From contig CP086569.2 of the NCBI GenBank assembly GCA_009914755.4, positions 10,272,001 through 10,336,000 of the forward strand: DNA of 64,000 nt. Reading direction: 5' to 3'. A model generated the notes under the pieces. That model had not been told where the DNA came from. It saw nothing but the letters and a program-made list of their open reading frames with translations, and made no database searches. This DNA comes from the human T2T-CHM13v2.0 reference genome, Homo sapiens. The translations under genes were made by a program, and so were the position numbers. This document shows positions 59,383-64,000 of this stretch, piece after piece. Numbering within the stretch: position 1 is the first letter of the stretch; each line of letters opens with the position of its first letter.

Positions 59383-61665
59383 TTGATTTTTTATTTGTTT
59401 AAAAAATGTCAATTATTTTTCTCTCCTTTTATCTTTGTCTTCTCCTTATAGTACTCCATATATTATCATCCCACTTCATATTGTTTCGTAAGTTCCTTAG
59501 GCTGTCTTCATGATTCCTTATTTCTCTCTTTCATTTTTATCCTCCATTTTGATTATTTTCAAACACTTGGCTTAATTTTGCTTATCCTCTGTTCTGCTCG
59601 ATCCAGTTTACTGTTTGTCCCCTGTATCTAATTTTTGACTTAGGTTCCTATATTTTTCACTTCTTTGATTTTTGTTTGATACCTTGAACTATTTTCTACC
59701 TCTTTGTTAAACGTCTCAGTTTTTAAATGCATGGCTTTCCTGACTTCTGTTACTATCTTAGTGCTTTTTGTTTTGATTTCCCTGACAGGGACATTACATA
59801 TTTTCATTTTATGAGAGTCCAATTCTGTTTATTTCTTTTGTTCTTTACCTCAGAACATATTTTCCTCTCCACTGCACTCCCTCACTGCCCCCGTACCCCC
59901 TACCACCAGCCCCACTTTTCTTGACTATGAGTTGGTTTCTGCAAGTCGGTGAAGACAACCATCTTTCTCTGTTGTCCTTAACTCATCCTATGTAGGAAAT
60001 TTCATTTCCTTATCAGTGCAACCAGAGATTCCAGGTGCTTCTCAATTCCATGAATGCCCAACTCACTGTCTTTCTTCTTATGCCCCCCTGGATTGTAGGG
60101 TGTGTGAAATCATACTATTCCTTTGACACAGGCAAGACAGTAGCCAGCCCCATGATACACAGCTAAAAGGTTTTGAGATTAGATGTATATTGCTTGTGGA
60201 CAAGCTTAGATTCAGAGTTTATGTCCAACTAGTTCTGCCTTATGCCAAGAATAGTGTCCATGACTGACACCTGTACCGTCATTCATTATGCTCACTCTGA
60301 ATCTGGACAGATAGCCACTGAATATTTACAACTTTGACAATCTTGTTTTCTGGGATATAGCAGACTCGAACATCTTTGGGGCTCCAGCCGCTGTTTCGCA
60401 GAGAGTGACCAGCAGTCCTCTGATTCCTTCTCCTCCTGTCCAAGTAATATCCATAGAAATAGTAAAAGAGTGGCATATTAGGCTTCATAACATTTTTAAG
60501 GCTGACCAAGATAAGCATTTGATCCAGATATTTATGAATTTATCTCATATATTTTATTTATTTATAGATCTCATTTCAAAATCAATTTTTGCTTGAGAGT
60601 TATTTCAACATATATCCAAATGTTAGGAGCTATGATACATAGATTTCAAGTTTAAAAGTCTATATCTGCTATTATTTTGGGTAAAACCCATCTAGTGCTT
60701 CTAAAAATAAGTATTTATTAGGCATGGCCACTGTAGTGGTCTAAAACACACTTTGAAATTCTTCGCAAACCCATTTGAAAATATTCCTGATGTGACTGAA
60801 CACAGTACTTGTTTCTAATGAATAGAAAACAGTGCAAGCTTTTTCTGGATATTGGGCCACCTCTGGCCTAGGTTAGAAAAGGTGACACAGCTCTGCCTAA
60901 GTCTCCTGCTTTCATGGGGACAAACCCCTCAGGAGCACCGGACCAGTACATCACAAAGTCTAACACCCTGATAACACTATGCAGAAGGGATGTCCCATGG
61001 AAAGACTCATTGAAATAGAAGGAGACACCAGAGGACCTCAGCAGTCCAGCCCCCGCTATTTGAGTCATGCTACCCACAGCACCAGGTAGATGAGAAGGCA
61101 CTTGACAATGTCCCCATCCTGAGCCATCACTAGATTGCATGCTCCTGAGTGCCCCTGAACCACAATCATTTGGCTTAGAGACTCTGGAAGATTGAAGAGA
61201 CTGAGAGTTAATAAATTATAATTATTGTTTTAAGCCACTAAGTTTTAGATAATTTTGAAAACCACTTTACTCTCCTAGAAAAACTGAGTCATCTACTGAT
61301 TTGAGTACTGTGGAGAGCATTAAAGGCCAACATCATAAATGCCAATACCCTGGAAATGTCAAACCACCAAGACTCTTCTAAACACAACAGATTTTTATGT
61401 CCCTTTGCTATGGCTGGGGAATTATCTAACATGTATCTGATAGAGTCTTTTGAAAGCCTCTATTCACATCTCTTGGCTGCATATGGGTCAACTCTGGTCT
61501 GCTTTAATTCTAGTCAACTGCAGCAACTCATCTTTCATTTTAGGTCCTGGCCTACACTGATCTTTTGATCACTGACTGTGTCTTTGTATGTGTATGTATG
61601 TTTTGTGTTACCATATTTTATCTGAAGGGGCTAAATAATAGTGCTATAGTTGTTTTGTAAATATT

Positions 61666-61758
61666 AAGCATTCCAGGAAGACAATATTGCTTATCAACTG
61701 AGTTTTAAAAGAGATATGAGGCAGGGCATAGAGGCAATATTGTCTTCCTGGAATGCTT
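61666..61758. repeat. Perfect 25-bp inverted repeat (aagcattccaggaagacaatattgc / gcaatattgtcttcctggaatgctt) separated by a 43-nt spacer, giving a long hairpin-capable palindrome.
   Basis: Left arm at 61666-61690 and right arm at 61734-61758. The right arm is the exact reverse complement of the left arm. Confidence 0.85.
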
Positions 61759-61774
61759 TATGTTTATGGATCTC

Positions 61775-62010
61775 TTGATGTCAGGAGTTTGAGACAAGCC
61801 TCGCCAACATGGCAAGATCCCATGTCTAATATCATACCAAAGCTGGCCAGGCGTGGTGGCCCATGGATGTAATCCCAGCTACTTGAGAGGCTGATGCAGG
61901 AGAATACATTGAACCCTGGGGGCGGAGTTTGCAGTGGAGTGAGATTGCACCACTGTGCTCACCACCAGAGCCTGACCACCAGAGCGAGATTCTGTCTCAG
62001 AAATAAAAAT
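61775..62010 (+). mobile_element. 5'-truncated Alu.
   Basis: gtcaggagtttgagacaagcctcgccaacatgg...ggccaggcgtggtggcccatggatgtaatcccagctacttgagaggctgatgcaggagaata...gcgagattctgtctcagaaataaaaataag. Confidence 0.8.
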
Positions 62011-62064
62011 AAGATAAAATAATAGATAGGAGAGATGACTAAGGAGAGAAATGCATAAAACTGG

Positions 62065-62345
62065 GTGGGCATTGCAGCTCACTCCTGGAATCCCAGCCTT
62101 TTGAGAGGCTGAGGTGGGTGTATCACTTGAGGACAGGTGTTCAAAACCAGCCTGAGCAAATATTGTGAAACCTTGTCTCTACTAAAAATACAAAAAAAAA
62201 AAATAGCCAGGATTCATGTCACATGCCTACAGTCACAGCTACTTGGGAGGGTTTGAGTGGAGAACTGCTTGAACCTGGGATACGGAAGTTGCAGTCAGCT
62301 GAGATCATGCCACTGAACTCCAGCCTAGGTGACAGAGCAGGATTC
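62065..62345 (+). mobile_element. Alu SINE.
   Basis: ctgggtgggcattgcagctcactcctggaatcccagccttttgagaggctgaggtgggtgtatcacttgagg...cagcctaggtgacagagcaggattccattaaaaag. Confidence 0.85.
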
Positions 62346-62349
62346 CATT

Positions 62350-62700
62350 AAAAAGAATCAGAGAGAGAAACAGAGATAGAGAAGAAAGAAAAGGAAGGAA
62401 GGAAGGAAGGAAGGAAGGAAGGAAGGAAGGAAGGAAGGAAGGAAGGAAGGAAGGAAGGAAGGAAGGAAGAAAAGAAAGAGAAAGGAAGGGAGGAAGGTGG
62501 GAAGGGAGAAAGAGAGAAGAAGAGAAAGAGAGAACGAAAAAGAAAGAAAGAGAGAGAGGAAAATAAAGGAAGGAAGGAAAAGAGAGAAAAAAAGAGGAAG
62601 GAAGGAAGGAGCCGGGGGGTGCGGGAGGGACAGAGGGAAGGAAGAAGGAGGGAAGGAAGGAAGGGAGGGAGGGAGGGAGGGAGGGGAGAATGAAAGGCAT
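62350..62700. repeat. Compound purine-rich microsatellite: a perfect (AAGG)17-18 core at about 62387-62470, flanked by degenerate (GAAA)/(GGAA)/(GGGA)n.
   Basis: aaggaaggaagg...(x17)...aaga, followed by gaaagagaaaggaagggaggaaggtgggaagggag... and ending gggagggagggagggagggagggg. Confidence 0.95.
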
Positions 62701-63319
62701 AAAACTAAAAGGAAATAAATAAAAATAAAAACGTCATTTTGTCCATTATCCACATGAATTTTTAATTATGTTTAAAATAATATTTTGGTCCCTAGTGGTC
62801 TAGCTGAAACTTTAAAATGAGGTCATGTATATTGTCAAATTACTCATGTAACTACAGTGTTAGCTGAGATTCTTGTAGTTTTTGAAAACCAAATCTAATT
62901 GACATTTGTCATCAGATCTCATACTAATAGGGGCAGGGTAGTCTGTGTTATGCTGACTAATCTACACTAAATTAAAAATGAAATCAAATCTGCAAGAGAT
63001 GTTATAGTTACTACTACCAGTAAAGGCTGTTTTGTTTCCTGACTTCTGGAGGGTTTTGTTTCCCCAGTGTTGATGGCTGTGGCAGAAAGCCTTCCTGGTC
63101 CAAACTCAACCCTTATCATCACAGTATATACCTGTTCAGACATTAAGGGGAAAGAGCATCCAATCCTACTGCTTTCCTGCATTGGTTCCTATACAAAAGC
63201 AAATGTGCTGTGTTAGTGACTATCAAATATTCATATATTTGATCAAGGAAATTTGTGTTTCCAAAGTGTAAAACAAAAATATTACTATCAGATGTATCTT
63301 AATTATTTTAGTTAGAGGA

Positions 63320-63443
63320 AGTCTTGTTCTGTCACCAGGCTGAATCACACATCATTGTAGTCTCAGATTTTGGGCTCAGAGGATCCTCTAACATCAGCCT
63401 TCCAAAGTACTGAAATTACAGACTTGAGCCATTGTACCCAGCC
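63320..63443 (-). mobile_element. Alu-monomer-like fragment (FLAM/FRAM-like).
   Basis: gtcttgttctgtcaccaggctgaatcacacatcattgtagtctcagattttgggctcagaggatcctctaacatcagccttccaaagtactgaaattacagacttgagccattgtacccagcc. Confidence 0.6.
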
Positions 63444-63699
63444 TCAAGTTTAGAGATAAACGGTAATGAATATATCGTAAACCATATAAATAAACACAAC
63501 TGCAGTTTCTCTAGAGAGCTTAAGAAACCACTGAAAAACTGCCATTGTGGACAAGGCTGCTGGCAACAAGGTAATGCAAGGAAAGGAGTGGGTCCTTCCC
63601 CACTGAGTCTTCAGATGATACCAGAGGCCAGCTTGGTATTTCCACTGCAGCTTTTTGAGAGAACATGAAACATAGGTGTGTGCAGTTGTCCTTTGTTTG

Positions 63700-63722
63700 T
63701 TGTTGTTTGTGTGTGTGTGTGT
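63700..63722. repeat. (GT)n microsatellite.
   Basis: gtttgtgtgtgtgtgtgtaagc. Confidence 0.85.
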
Positions 63723-64000
63723 AAGCATACATACATAAACAGGCTGAACAAACTAGGATCACCCACACAGTGGAATATATTGCAGCTTTTTGTAGATCTG
63801 GCAGAATTCATCCTGAATCTATCGGTTCCTGGATCTTTTTTTTTTTTTTTTTTTGGCTCTTGGTTACTTATTACCAGTGATTCCATTTTGGAAATTGAAA
63901 TTGGACAGGCTGGAGCTGAGACTGGGTCCACTTAGATTCTGTTGTGGAACAGAGAATGGCATGCCTGTAATTTTGGCTGTGATGGTTACTGGAAGGTCTC

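Noticed and set aside
62305-62753. Two overlapping 131-aa minus-strand ORFs and a 73-aa plus-strand ORF rich in LPSF or KERG repeats.
   Set aside because: They are translation artefacts of the (AAGG)/(GAAA)n purine microsatellite. There are no stops because of the low-complexity composition.

Overview
This is not prokaryotic DNA. It is human (primate) nuclear genomic sequence, AT-rich and dominated by interspersed repeats. I found no CRISPR array, operon, rRNA or tRNA gene, and no candidate novel prokaryotic system.

The window contains about 25 Alu copies and a full-length but ORF-disrupted LINE-1 on the minus strand (about 8650-14840). There are four further L1 fragments on the plus strand, including an 866 bp ORF2 piece and a 2.3 kb ORF2 3' segment with its 3' end. 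It also contains a ~6.8 kb HERV-K (HML, betaretrovirus-like) internal region with gag, pro-dUTPase, pol and env remnants, on the plus strand (about 20926-27710 plus a putative 3' LTR), a MaLR LTR/internal fragment, several microsatellites including a large (AAGG)n tract, and a degenerate ~1.2 kb tandem array.

The only host-gene-like content is a multi-exon pseudogene of the RBMY/RBMX family on the plus strand (about 1663-6482). Its translation is closest to RBMY, but it carries frameshifts and premature stops. Together with the HERV-K and L1 load, this suggests a Y-chromosomal ampliconic or heterochromatin-proximal origin; that is inference only.

All ORFs longer than about 100 aa in the six-frame track are explained by L1 ORF1/ORF2, HERV-K pol/env, or microsatellite and Alu artefacts. 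All coordinates are approximate to within about 10 bp, because they were read by eye from the sequence without alignment tools.
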